64,000 nucleotides of DNA from Brevinematales bacterium (lineage in GTDB: Bacteria; Spirochaetota; Brevinematia; DTOW01), in NCBI GenBank assembly GCA_026415355.1, contig JAOAHF010000010.1, positions 12,548 through 76,547 on the forward strand. The letters are read 5' to 3'. The notes beneath the pieces are model-generated. The model was not told the DNA's origin. It saw only the letters and a program-made list of their open reading frames with translations, and searched no databases. The first letter of the stretch is position 1; every line of letters begins with the position of its first letter. Shown here one piece after another: positions 29,289-38,896 of the stretch. The position numbers and the translations under genes were made by a program.

Positions 29289-30419
29289 TTGTTTCTAGAG
29301 GTGAGGGGCATGAGAGGGTTTTCTCTAGTTCTTGTTTTGTTTTTGTGTCTGGGGATGGTTTTTGCCCAGGAAGATGCCGGGATTAGTTTGTCTGGGCGTT
29401 TCAGGACAGATGTTGGAATATCTACTGTGGTATCAAATAATCGACTAGAAAGTTACTACTATCTCGGTAAGAATACGCTGAGAATAGAATTTGTTAACAA
29501 TGACACTACTTATGGTAAAGTAGATGGAAGTATTGACTTCAACATAGTGTTAGGGAGATATTATAATGTGCTCCTTTCTCAAACTAATGCGATTTTGTTG
29601 GGGGATAGTGCTCTTCTTTTGGTGGATCTGAGGAAGCTTTATCTTATGGTTAGATTTGGTTGGGGTGATATTATAGTTGGACGGCAGTTACTTAGGTTTG
29701 GTCAAGGGGTTGTTTTTTCACCTATTAATTTTTTCGACAGACTTGATATATCGGATATTAACTTTTCAAGAGTTGGTTCGGATTGTTTAAGGATCAGAGT
29801 GTTTTTGAGTGATATGGGGGATATTAGTCTAGTAGTTGTGCCAAGAGCTATAGTAACAAACTCTGATGCTTTACTGAGGACTTCATTCATGTTGGCAGGG
29901 TTCGACATGGAGGGAGTGCTTGGATACTTTGGCTTAAATAACGAAATAAGAAGTGGGTTATCGTTTAAGGGTGATATTGGGTTAGGAATATATGGTGAGT
30001 TTTTGTATAACTATCATGAAGAACCTAAAAATAGATACTTTGAGTTTGCTTTAGGGCTGGATTATTCGTTCTTTGAAAGGTTGGTTACCCGGTGTGAATA
30101 TTATTTCAACTCTCTTGATACAGAAGGAGTCTTACCTATTTTGCTGACTAGGCATAAAACCTATCCTTTTGTTTCAAGACAGTATTTGATGTTACAATTG
30201 TCCTATCTACATGATATTGTGACTAGTGCTAGCTTATCTTTGATCGAAAATATCGAGAAAGAGGGATTTATAGCCTACCTTGGTGTCACGAAGAATCTGT
30301 TCCAGAATGTAGACTTCTACCTTGACGTTAGGTTCTTCTACAAAGACATCGGTGGTTTTTTTGGTATTATTGGTTATAATCTTATATACTCGTCTTTAGG
30401 GTTAGAGATGAAGTTTTAG
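29289..30419 (+). CDS. Putative outer-membrane beta-barrel protein
   Basis: Signal peptide; alternating aromatic/hydrophobic strands; LRKLYL..IVGRQLLRFGQG.VFSPINFF; C-terminal Phe. Confidence 0.6.
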   Translation: MFLEVRGMRGFSLVLVLFLCLGMVFAQEDAGISLSGRFRTDVGISTVVSNNRLESYYYLGKNTLRIEFVNNDTTYGKVDGSIDFNIVLGRYYNVLLSQTNAILLGDSALLLVDLRKLYLMVRFGWGDIIVGRQLLRFGQGVVFSPINFFDRLDISDINFSRVGSDCLRIRVFLSDMGDISLVVVPRAIVTNSDALLRTSFMLAGFDMEGVLGYFGLNNEIRSGLSFKGDIGLGIYGEFLYNYHEEPKNRYFEFALGLDYSFFERLVTRCEYYFNSLDTEGVLPILLTRHKTYPFVSRQYLMLQLSYLHDIVTSASLSLIENIEKEGFIAYLGVTKNLFQNVDFYLDVRFFYKDIGGFFGIIGYNLIYSSLGLEMKF

Positions 30420-30472
30420 AGGAGGAATATGAAAAGGAGTAGTATATATTCTGAGATTATGGGGGAGGTTGT

Positions 30473-31579
30473 ATGAAATTTTTGAGGGAGATTTTTGAGA
30501 AGAACAGGAAGTTTTTGGTTGTGCTGGTTTTGGTACCGGCGGTGGTTATAGGTATAATTGGCCTGATATTTGGGGATGGAGTGAGGGATGTACCGTTGGC
30601 TGTGGTGGATAAAGATACTGGTATGGAACTACCTTTCATGGGTGAGGTTTCAGTGTCTCAACAATTCTTGGATAAGATAGATAGGAATATTATCAGGATA
30701 GTTAAAGTTGATACTGAGGAAGAGGCTATGGAAATGGTTAGGAAAGGGGAGGTTTTGGGAGTTATAGTTTTCCCCGAAAACTTCACAAAGGAAATGCTTG
30801 TAAAGGTGGATGACCCTTCTTATCAGATTTCCGAGAAGATAAGGATAAAGCTAGACAAGAGTAGTATGATAGTCTCTGGGGTTGTAGTGTCAACGCTGAT
30901 GAATACTTTTATGGGGATCGCAAAACAGAGTGAGAGTTCTCCCCTACCTGTTGAAATAACAACTGCTGTGGGAATAGAAAATATTGTCTTTGGGGATTAC
31001 ATTGTCTCAGGTATTATAACCGTTTTGACATTCATAATGTCGGTTGTAGGTGTTGCTATGGTGATTATCACAAACAGGCAAAAGATAACCTTCGGTAAGT
31101 ATAGTTCCTTGGAGATAGTAGTTTCGTATCTTGCTGTTTTTACGCTAGCTGTTTTCATAAGTATGGTTCTTATGTATTCGGTTTCAGTTCCTCTTTTCAA
31201 GATAAACGTAAATGATGGAATATGGACTGTATTGCCTGGAACCCTGATTTTTCTCTTGGCTTCAGTGTCTATAGGGATATTGATAGGTATTGCTTCGAAG
31301 GACTATGAAGGTATAAGGGCAGGAGTAGTGATTTCGGTTTTGCCTATACTATTCGGTAATGTTATCATACCCATGGAAGCGATGCCTTCGTGGCTAAGAC
31401 CAGTGGTATATATTTTCCCACCTTACTACGGAACCAGAGTATATCGCCTAGGTGTTCTCAAACAATTGGGCGTTTCTGATATGGTAGTTGAGATTGTGGT
31501 TCTATCAGTGTTCTTTATTGTATTCTTTATAACTAGTTTTGTTCTTTTAGGTAAGAAAATAAGAGATAGGAAAATATAG
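30473..31579 (+). CDS. ABC-2 type permease with large extracytoplasmic domain
   Basis: TM1, then VPLAVVDKD..GVIVFPENF, then about 5 TMs; FGNVIIPMEAMPSWLRPVVYIFPPYY. Confidence 0.82.
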   Translation: MKFLREIFEKNRKFLVVLVLVPAVVIGIIGLIFGDGVRDVPLAVVDKDTGMELPFMGEVSVSQQFLDKIDRNIIRIVKVDTEEEAMEMVRKGEVLGVIVFPENFTKEMLVKVDDPSYQISEKIRIKLDKSSMIVSGVVVSTLMNTFMGIAKQSESSPLPVEITTAVGIENIVFGDYIVSGIITVLTFIMSVVGVAMVIITNRQKITFGKYSSLEIVVSYLAVFTLAVFISMVLMYSVSVPLFKINVNDGIWTVLPGTLIFLLASVSIGILIGIASKDYEGIRAGVVISVLPILFGNVIIPMEAMPSWLRPVVYIFPPYYGTRVYRLGVLKQLGVSDMVVEIVVLSVFFIVFFITSFVLLGKKIRDRKI

Positions 31580-31590
31580 GGAGGTGTAAT

Positions 31591-32256
31591 ATGAGGAGGT
31601 TTTTGGCTAGTTTGTTTCTCTTGTTTACTGCTGTGTCACTCGTGTTTTCGGAAGAGTTTGAGGGGATAGCGGTTGGCAGATTTCTCTCGAAAGATATGGA
31701 CAATACTGTGAAGATATTCATAAAGGGCAGTAAGATGAAAATGGTACCTGAGAAACAGATCTCTGGCACGAATGGGTATCCAATAGTTGATTTCAGTGCC
31801 AGAAGGAGTATTTTTGTGTTCGTTGACGAGAAATACTACATGGAAATGCCGTTGGATGTAATGATAAAGAACGTAGAAGAAAAACCAATATTACTCAGTG
31901 AAGGTGGTGACGAAAAGTATCTTGGTTTCGATGCTAAGAGGTTTGTATATAGTGATAAGGACTTTAGAGTAGAAGCAATAGGTACCAGAGATTTAAAAAT
32001 AGCTCTTAATCCTTTCATCGGAGTTCAGAGGATCGGAAATGAAGGCTTTCTAGTGTCTGCTTCTGCCCATTACCTTTACAAAAGTTCTATCGCTCCTTTG
32101 AAAATAGTGGTGTATAACCAGAGGGGAGAAAGATTGGTGAATGTAGAGATAATGGCTATACAAAAGCAGAAACTGAGTGATAGGGAATTTGAGGTACCGG
32201 AAGGATTTAGAAGGTTCAGTGAGGTTGTCAAGGAAAAGATGAAAAAAGGAAGGTAG
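31591..32256 (+). CDS. Exported DUF4412-like protein
   Basis: Signal peptide; KIFIKGSKMKM, DEKYYMEMPL, EKYLGFDAKRF, KLSDREFEVPEGF. Confidence 0.6.
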   Translation: MRRFLASLFLLFTAVSLVFSEEFEGIAVGRFLSKDMDNTVKIFIKGSKMKMVPEKQISGTNGYPIVDFSARRSIFVFVDEKYYMEMPLDVMIKNVEEKPILLSEGGDEKYLGFDAKRFVYSDKDFRVEAIGTRDLKIALNPFIGVQRIGNEGFLVSASAHYLYKSSIAPLKIVVYNQRGERLVNVEIMAIQKQKLSDREFEVPEGFRRFSEVVKEKMKKGR

Positions 32257-32259
32257 CTT

Positions 32260-32952
32260 ATGCATAGGGTTTTGGCTTACCTTGTAGTAGTAGTGCTGCC
32301 ACTTAATGTAGGATTTGGACTAGATGGTTACATCTCGTTGTCACTGATGGATAGATATTATGATAGGTTCATAAATGATAGCTCTATGTCAAGGGTTAAG
32401 ACGGAGGTCGTAGTGGGCGAAAAGGTAAATAGCTTTGGGTTGGAAGCGAGGATAATAAATTACTATGGTGTTGGTGTTAATTTTGGAAGACTACTCTACA
32501 GCGAAAGGATTGGTATTGAAGTTGGAGGATATTTTGATGTTGATAACTTTTCATTGGAGTTGAGAAACACTCTATGGGACGGAGTGGAAATGTACGATGA
32601 GGTAAGGGTGCTATTTTATTACTTTAGCTCTACAGACTTGATAACTGTTTCTCCTAGGATGTGTGTATCATACGACTTCAGAGGGATCTCTGTGGATTTT
32701 TCAATAGCTGCATCTGTCTCTGTTCCAACAACCCCTATAATAACTTTCAATATTCCTGTGTCCTTGGGTGGAATATTTGGTAATTACAGAGAGGTTTTAT
32801 TTTCATGTGTCTCGGGGATCACGCTGTCACCTAGAATTTCATTGTATTGGAAGGAAGTGGATCTGTCTATTGAGGGTGGGTATTTTTTTGGACTAAGCCA
32901 ACTCTTTAGCTCCTATCCGTATGTGTCTCTGAAGGTAGGAGTAGAGTTGTAG
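32260..32952 (+). CDS. Hypothetical exported protein, possibly a small beta-barrel
   Basis: Signal-like N-terminus; amphipathic beta-strand pattern; ends YVSLKVGVEL. Confidence 0.55.
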   Translation: MHRVLAYLVVVVLPLNVGFGLDGYISLSLMDRYYDRFINDSSMSRVKTEVVVGEKVNSFGLEARIINYYGVGVNFGRLLYSERIGIEVGGYFDVDNFSLELRNTLWDGVEMYDEVRVLFYYFSSTDLITVSPRMCVSYDFRGISVDFSIAASVSVPTTPIITFNIPVSLGGIFGNYREVLFSCVSGITLSPRISLYWKEVDLSIEGGYFFGLSQLFSSYPYVSLKVGVEL

Positions 32953-33146
32953 AGCCTCACACGTTCTATACCTTATCTTGTGACAGGAATTTAACCTTTC
33001 GGGCATATACCTTCATGTTTTATGAGATATTCTTTTGTAGTGAACTTTTGGATTTGTTTGGATAGATCTGAGTACAAAATATTCAGATGATGTTTTACAG
33101 AGGACGCTTAGCTCTTAAACGAACTCAGGATGTTGTATTTCTGTTA

Positions 33147-33171
33147 TAAACCAGTTTATAATATAAACTGG
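33147..33171. promoter_or_regulatory. Palindromic operator, copy 2 (overlaps -10 TATAAT)
   Basis: TAAACCAGTTTATAATATAAACT; perfect 10-1-10 inverted repeat CCAGTTTATA-A-TATAAACTGG at 33151-33171; TTGTAT 18 nt upstream of TATAAT. Confidence 0.82.
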
Positions 33172-33185
33172 AGGGAATTGATGTT

Positions 33186-33842
33186 ATGGAGGACAAGGAT
33201 ATAAGAGACATAATGGAGGAGTTACGGATTATAAAGGATATGGTTTATAGAGATAAGGAAGTTGTTGATAGGTTTGTGTTATCTAAGGCTGTGAGGTATT
33301 TGTCGTTGGTTTTTGGTGTGTTGATTTTGTTGGTGTTTTGGGGTATTTACTTAATTAAAGTTAGTGGTTTAGAGTTGGATGATAATGTTGTAACGTATTC
33401 AGTAGTTTTAGGTTTAGTTTTTATTTCTTTGATTGCAGGGATTGTAAAGATTTTTAGTTGGAAGGTTGCGGATCCTAATTTTTCTCCTACGTCGTTTTTT
33501 TATAGGATCTTAGGGGTAGGGGTTTTGAAATTTTTTGTGATTATTTTTATTTTGATTGTTTTTTTCTCGTTATACTTCAGTTTAAATGGATTATCTCAGT
33601 ATCTTTTACCTGTTATTGGAGTTGGAATTGGACTTCTTTATTTGGTTTATGGTGTTGTTTTTTATAATCTAGAGCTAGAGTTGATATCTTATTATATCAT
33701 TCTTACTAGTGCTGTGAGTACCTTTTTTATTGTATACAGAAATATTGAGGTTTTCTTATGGGTTGGGATTGTTTTTGGTTGGGGTTTTATTTTATTTTTT
33801 CTTCTTACTACAGTTAGGGCAAAGAGGAAGGGGGTTAGATGA
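33186..33842 (+). CDS. Hypothetical integral membrane protein (about 6 TMs)
   Basis: Short charged helix MEDKDIRDIMEELRIIKDM, then hydrophobic segments; overlaps the regulator gene (ATGA). Confidence 0.8.
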   Translation: MEDKDIRDIMEELRIIKDMVYRDKEVVDRFVLSKAVRYLSLVFGVLILLVFWGIYLIKVSGLELDDNVVTYSVVLGLVFISLIAGIVKIFSWKVADPNFSPTSFFYRILGVGVLKFFVIIFILIVFFSLYFSLNGLSQYLLPVIGVGIGLLYLVYGVVFYNLELELISYYIILTSAVSTFFIVYRNIEVFLWVGIVFGWGFILFFLLTTVRAKRKGVR

Positions 33843-34150
33843 ATTTTGATTTAGACAAGAACATACACGAGAAGGCAAGACTTGTTATTATGATTGCTTT
33901 AGCGGTCAGTCCTGAAAAAAAGTTGTCGTTTAATGAGCTTAAGGATATTACTAAACTTTCTTCTGGTAATTTATCTGTACAGATAAGGAACTTAGAGGAA
34001 GTAGGGTATATTAATGTTAAGAAATTTTTTGATAACTCTAAGCCAAAAACTGAAATAGTTATTACTGATAGAGGCAAGAGAGCGTTAGAGAATTACTTGG
34101 ATAATGTGGAGAGGATAGTAAAAGTCTATAAAGAGGTTAAGAGTTTATGA
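33839..34150 (+). CDS. Winged-helix transcriptional regulator (MarR/ArsR-like, HTH_34 type)
   Basis: IHEKARLVIM..LSFNELKDITKLSSGNLSVQIRNLEEVGYI..KPKTEIVITDRG. Confidence 0.88.
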   Translation: MNFDLDKNIHEKARLVIMIALAVSPEKKLSFNELKDITKLSSGNLSVQIRNLEEVGYINVKKFFDNSKPKTEIVITDRGKRALENYLDNVERIVKVYKEVKSL

Positions 34151-34190
34151 TTTTTATGTTTGAATTTTTGTGAGATAGAGGAGGTGTATT

Positions 34191-34889
34191 ATGAGTTTAA
34201 TAGTGCTTAAAGATGTAGTAAAGGAATATCATAAAGGTGATGGTAAAGATAGTGTTAAAATCTTAGCTCTTAGGAACATAAATCTTGAAATAGAAAGAGG
34301 AGAATTTATTGCTATTATGGGGCCTTCGGGTAGTGGTAAGACTACTCTTCTTAATATTGTAGGATGTTTAGATACTCCTACTAGTGGTGAAGTTATTTTC
34401 AATGGTACTGTGCTTACAAAAGCAGATGAAAACTTTCTTTCAGAATATAGAAAGAAGAACATCGGTTTTGTATTTCAATCTTACAACCTTATTCCTGTAT
34501 TAACAGTTAAGGAAAATATTGAGTTACCTTTGACTATTGACAATAGTTTGTCCCCGTCTGAAAAGGAGGAAAGAGTTATGAAACTCATAGATATGGTAGG
34601 ATTAAGGGGTATGGGAAATAGGTATCCTAGAGAGATTTCTGGTGGGCAGGAACAGAGAGTTGCAATAGCAAGAGCTTTGATTAAGAAACCCTTAGTTGTG
34701 CTTGCTGATGAGCCAACAGCTAACTTAGATTCTGTTACTGCTGAGGAGATAATTGAAATTATGAAGAGGATGAATGAAATCGAAGGTACGACTTTTATAT
34801 TTTCAACGCATGATCCAAAAATTGAAAGGCACGCAAAGAGAGTTATATTACTGAAAGATGGACAGATTGTTTCTGATGAAAGGAGGTGA
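34191..34889 (+). CDS. ABC transporter ATP-binding protein (LolD/MacB-type)
   Basis: GPSGSGKTT, GFVFQSYNL, ISGGQEQRVAIARAL, LADEPTANLD, STHD. Confidence 0.95.
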   Translation: MSLIVLKDVVKEYHKGDGKDSVKILALRNINLEIERGEFIAIMGPSGSGKTTLLNIVGCLDTPTSGEVIFNGTVLTKADENFLSEYRKKNIGFVFQSYNLIPVLTVKENIELPLTIDNSLSPSEKEERVMKLIDMVGLRGMGNRYPREISGGQEQRVAIARALIKKPLVVLADEPTANLDSVTAEEIIEIMKRMNEIEGTTFIFSTHDPKIERHAKRVILLKDGQIVSDERR

Positions 34890-36148
34890 AGATGATTTTA
34901 AAAATGGCTTTTAGGAATATTTTAAGACATAAAAGAAGAACTTTGATTAGTGTTGTTACTGTTGCTGTTGGAATCATGTTTTATATAGTAATGGATTCTC
35001 TTTTTAATGGTATAGATAGATTGTTAGTTGAAAGTATAGTAAAGTTTTCTGATAGTTCAATAGTCGTGTATTCTAAGGAATATGATGAGAATCGTAGGGG
35101 ATATCCTATTGATAAAGGTATAAAGGATTATGATAGTATAGAAGACGTTATTTTATCTGTTGAAGGAGTTGAGGGAGTAGTGTATAGGACACAATTTCTT
35201 GGAGAGATAATTTTTGGTAGTAAGTCTAAGTATGTAGTGGGTACTGTGGTAAATCCTTTTATTGATACACAGGTTTTTGAAATAAATAAACACATAATAG
35301 GCAATTATCTTTCCAATGTTGAGGGAGAAGTTTTGATGGGTAGCATACTTGCCAAAAAACTAGGAATTAAAATTGGAGACTACTTAACTATAAGTGCTAA
35401 GACAGTTGGAGGGGGTTATAATGCTTTGGATTTTAAGGTTGTTGGATTAGTTAATTCTCCTAGTACTACTTTAAATGAATCTGGAATTATTATTTCATAT
35501 AGTTCTGCTAATAAGCTACTGAATCTTAGGAACAGTAAAACATCGTTACATGTGAAAGTTAATTGGAACAAAGGGGAAAGTGTTGCTTCTTATTTGAATA
35601 AGCTTGATATGGTTTCGAAAGAAATAAAAAGTAAAATAGGTGAATACAGAGTTTATACAATTAAGGATATTTATGGAGATTTTTTACTTCTTATGGAGCA
35701 GAAGAGGATAACGTCTTACTTAATAACGTTTTTGGTTCTTGTAATTGCTGGAGTTGGTATTGCTAATGGTGTTTTAATGTCGGTTTATGAAAGAGTTAAA
35801 GAAATAGGTATGTTGATGGCTATGGGTATGAAACCTAAGATGGTAAGAAGACTCTTTCTGTTAGAGGGTACTATGATTGGGATTTTGGGTGGTTTTTTGG
35901 GGCTTGTATTAGGTTTTGTAGCTGATGTCTTTATGATATATATAGGTTGGGATGTATCTTCAATGTATAGAGATTTAGATCCTTCTAATCTAGGTATGCC
36001 GGTTTGGGGAGTATTATATGGTGAATGGAATATATGGGCTTTTGTTATTGGTTTTCTATTTTCTTTTCTTGTGGCTATTATTTCTTCTTATATTCCTTCA
36101 AGGTATGCTTCCAAACTAAAGGTTATAGATTGTTTGAAGTTTGTATGA
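34886..36148 (+). CDS. FtsX/LolE-like ABC permease (A)
   Basis: MAFRNILRHKRRT, SVYERVKEIGMLMAMG, PSRYASKLKVIDCLKF. Confidence 0.9.
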   Translation: MKMILKMAFRNILRHKRRTLISVVTVAVGIMFYIVMDSLFNGIDRLLVESIVKFSDSSIVVYSKEYDENRRGYPIDKGIKDYDSIEDVILSVEGVEGVVYRTQFLGEIIFGSKSKYVVGTVVNPFIDTQVFEINKHIIGNYLSNVEGEVLMGSILAKKLGIKIGDYLTISAKTVGGGYNALDFKVVGLVNSPSTTLNESGIIISYSSANKLLNLRNSKTSLHVKVNWNKGESVASYLNKLDMVSKEIKSKIGEYRVYTIKDIYGDFLLLMEQKRITSYLITFLVLVIAGVGIANGVLMSVYERVKEIGMLMAMGMKPKMVRRLFLLEGTMIGILGGFLGLVLGFVADVFMIYIGWDVSSMYRDLDPSNLGMPVWGVLYGEWNIWAFVIGFLFSFLVAIISSYIPSRYASKLKVIDCLKFV

Positions 36149-36153
36149 TTGCC

Positions 36154-37437
36154 CTATTGAAATTTGAGACATTCTACAACTTTTAGTTTAGATATGTGTC
36201 TTGATGGTAGGTATGATGATATGAGAGATATTAGTAATACAAATACAAAGCATATTACCAAACTCCAGGTATTCCAGACACCATATATGACCCCCCATGT
36301 AGGTATCCCCCATTCTGTTCCGCTTCCTCCAAATATTGAAAGATCAAGTCCGTAATTAACTAGTAGCAAGTTAAACAATACTCCAAAAATCAGACCTATT
36401 ACACCGCCAATAGTACCTATTATTATACCTTCTGTCACAAAAATAGATCTTATCTTACGAGGATTTATTCCTATTGTCATCAATATACCTATTTCTTTGT
36501 TTCTTTCGTATATTGACATAATTATAGTGTTTGAAATTCCAACGCCAGCTATTATGAGTATTATAGCCATTAAAAAATAGTGATCTACTCCCCCTTGTTT
36601 CATTAACTCAAGAAAGTATCCATGAAGATCTTTGAATGTATACACTGTGTATCCTTTAAGTTTTGTTCTCAGTTTACTTGCTATTTTTTCTACTTTTTGA
36701 GTGTACGATGATATCCATTCTCCTTTATGCCATTCGACTTTTACATGTAATGAGGTTTTAATGTCTCCCAGATTAAGTAGTTCATTAGCGGATTCGTATG
36801 ATATCAAAACACTAGATTCATCTACTAGTGCGTTTCCCGTTTCGACTATTCCTACAATCTTGAATTCCATAGCATTGTATATACCCTCAACTGTCTTAGT
36901 GGAAATTGTTACGTAATCACCTATTCCGACACCTAGTGACTTTGCAAGAAACCCTCCTATGAGTATTTCTCTTTTGTTTTTTAAATATTCGCCTTTGATC
37001 TTTTCAATTATCTTGAAGACTTTTTTATCTTTTTCAGGTTCTATGGCAATACCAACGATGTATTTAGATTTATTACCAAATATAACTTCGCACAAGAATT
37101 GAGTTCTGTAAGTTATTTCTTTTAACCTAAGTTCATTTCTGATAATATTTTCTACTTCACTAAAACTTTTTACTCCTTTGCTTATTGGAAAACCTTTCCG
37201 GTTTTTGTCATATTCTTCAGGGTATATTGTTATTGAACTGTCAGAAAAGTTTACAACTCCTTCAACAAACATTCTATCAATACCATTATACAAAGAGTCC
37301 ATAGTTATGTATACAACTACTCCTACTACTATTGTTACTATTATAAGTAAATTCCTCTTAATGTGTTTTAATGCATTCCTAAAAGCAATCTTAATAACCA
37401 TAATAGAAAGTATTAATCTTTCATTTTTGTTTCTCAA
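36154..37437 (-). CDS. FtsX/LolE-like ABC permease (A'), inverted paralog of A (likely start ATG 37401)
   Basis: IAFRNALKH, MDSLYNGIDR..FSDSSI, LHVKVEWHKGE, SIYERNKEIG, PSRHISKLKVVECLKF; colinear with A over its full length. Confidence 0.88.
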   Translation of the reverse strand: MRNKNERLILSIMVIKIAFRNALKHIKRNLLIIVTIVVGVVVYITMDSLYNGIDRMFVEGVVNFSDSSITIYPEEYDKNRKGFPISKGVKSFSEVENIIRNELRLKEITYRTQFLCEVIFGNKSKYIVGIAIEPEKDKKVFKIIEKIKGEYLKNKREILIGGFLAKSLGVGIGDYVTISTKTVEGIYNAMEFKIVGIVETGNALVDESSVLISYESANELLNLGDIKTSLHVKVEWHKGEWISSYTQKVEKIASKLRTKLKGYTVYTFKDLHGYFLELMKQGGVDHYFLMAIILIIAGVGISNTIIMSIYERNKEIGILMTIGINPRKIRSIFVTEGIIIGTIGGVIGLIFGVLFNLLLVNYGLDLSIFGGSGTEWGIPTWGVIYGVWNTWSLVICFVFVLLISLISSYLPSRHISKLKVVECLKFQ

Positions 37438-37500
37438 CTTTTAAATCAAAATAGCTTGGTAGTATATACTTGTAACTCATTTTAGTTTTTGTTTTAGAAG

Positions 37501-37525
37501 TAAACTAGTTTATAATATAAACTAG
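37501..37525. promoter_or_regulatory. Palindromic operator, copy 3 (overlaps -10 TATAAT)
   Basis: TAAACTAGTTTATAATATAAACT; perfect 10-1-10 inverted repeat CTAGTTTATA-A-TATAAACTAG at 37505-37525, between divergent permeases A' and B. Confidence 0.82.
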
Positions 37526-37552
37526 GATAGCTATTGTACTTGGGGGTTAGGT

Positions 37553-38815
37553 ATGATTTTGAAGATGGCTTTTAGGAATATTAGGAGAAACAGTCGTAGA
37601 TCTATTTTAGCGTGTTTATCTGTTGGTATTGCTATTATGGCTGTTGTAGTTTTACAGGGGCTTATTGATGGTATGATGGATAATATTATAAAAAATTCTA
37701 CTAAAAATGATACTGGTCATATTAGGATTGCTGCTAAGGAATATTTTGAAAATTTAGATTATATGCCAGTTTATTATACTATTAATAACCCTGATAAGGT
37801 AATGGATTTAGTGTCTAGTATTGTTGGTGAAGATTTGGTTATTGCTACTGGTAGGTTTAGATTTCCTGTTCTAATAGAGTTTAATGGTAATAACAAAGTT
37901 GGGATATGTTTTGCTGGAGATATTCAGAAAGAAAAAGACCTTATTATGTTGCATAAGAGTATTGTTGATGGTAGGTATTTGAGTGGTAAGGTTGTTGAGG
38001 AGAATGGTATTAAGTATAGAGAAATAATAATTGGTAAAAAGATGGCTGAGGTTTTAGGGATAAAAGTTGGTGATAGTTTTTCTTTAATGCTTCAGGGAAG
38101 TGATTTAGGTATAAGGATTCCTAGATTTAGGGTTGTTGGTATATTTAGTACTGGTCTTAATGCTTTAGATAGCAACATTTTTATGATTTCTCTTGAGGAT
38201 GCTAAAGATGTTTTGGGTGCTTACGATATGGTTCAGGAGATAATTGTAATACTTAAAAACTACAATCGTGCTAAGGAAGTTGCAGATAGGATGAATAATT
38301 TCTTCTCAAAGAATGAAGAGTTTAGTTATCTCAGAGCAGTTGATTGGAAGAGTTCCGGTAGTATGGCTGGAATGTTAGATCAGGTTCTAGGTATATACAA
38401 CATTATATACTTTATTATTACGCTTTTAGGAGCCTTTATTATAATGAGTATAATGATGATGGTAATCCTTGAGAGGAGGCGAGAGATAGGTATTCTTAAA
38501 GCTATGGGTTTCAAGAAAATTGAAATACTTGCTCTATTTACTCTTGAGGGTACTATTTTAGGTACTATTGGTACTTTAGGTGGAGTTATTGTGGGTGTAC
38601 TCATAAATGTACCTTTATCAATATGGGGTATTGATTTTAGTTCATCTCTTTCGAATATGAATTTTCCTATGGATAATGTTATCAAATGGATGATAACAGG
38701 AAGTAGTATTCTTGGAGCTATAGTGCTTGGAGTTTTTGTGTCTGCAGTGATTTCTTTGATACCTTCAAGGCATGCGTCTAATATGAAACCTATTGATGCC
38801 ATAAAGAGTGTTTAG
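37553..38815 (+). CDS. FtsX/LolE-like ABC permease (B)
   Basis: MAFRNIRRNSRRS, TGHIRI, LERRREIGILKAMG, PSRHASNMKPIDAIKSV. Confidence 0.9.
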   Translation: MILKMAFRNIRRNSRRSILACLSVGIAIMAVVVLQGLIDGMMDNIIKNSTKNDTGHIRIAAKEYFENLDYMPVYYTINNPDKVMDLVSSIVGEDLVIATGRFRFPVLIEFNGNNKVGICFAGDIQKEKDLIMLHKSIVDGRYLSGKVVEENGIKYREIIIGKKMAEVLGIKVGDSFSLMLQGSDLGIRIPRFRVVGIFSTGLNALDSNIFMISLEDAKDVLGAYDMVQEIIVILKNYNRAKEVADRMNNFFSKNEEFSYLRAVDWKSSGSMAGMLDQVLGIYNIIYFIITLLGAFIIMSIMMMVILERRREIGILKAMGFKKIEILALFTLEGTILGTIGTLGGVIVGVLINVPLSIWGIDFSSSLSNMNFPMDNVIKWMITGSSILGAIVLGVFVSAVISLIPSRHASNMKPIDAIKSV

Positions 38816-38896
38816 TTATCCTGGATTTTCTATTTGACATTTCACCTAAGATCTGGAAAAGATAACAAAAATAGTACTTTCAATCATTTTGTCTAG

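Noticed and set aside
36154-37440. Permease A' as a site-specific invertible (phase-variable) cassette
   Set aside because: I found no flanking inverted recombination sites and no recombinase in the window. A' is well diverged from A and has the base composition of other minus-strand genes, which suggests long-fixed orientation.
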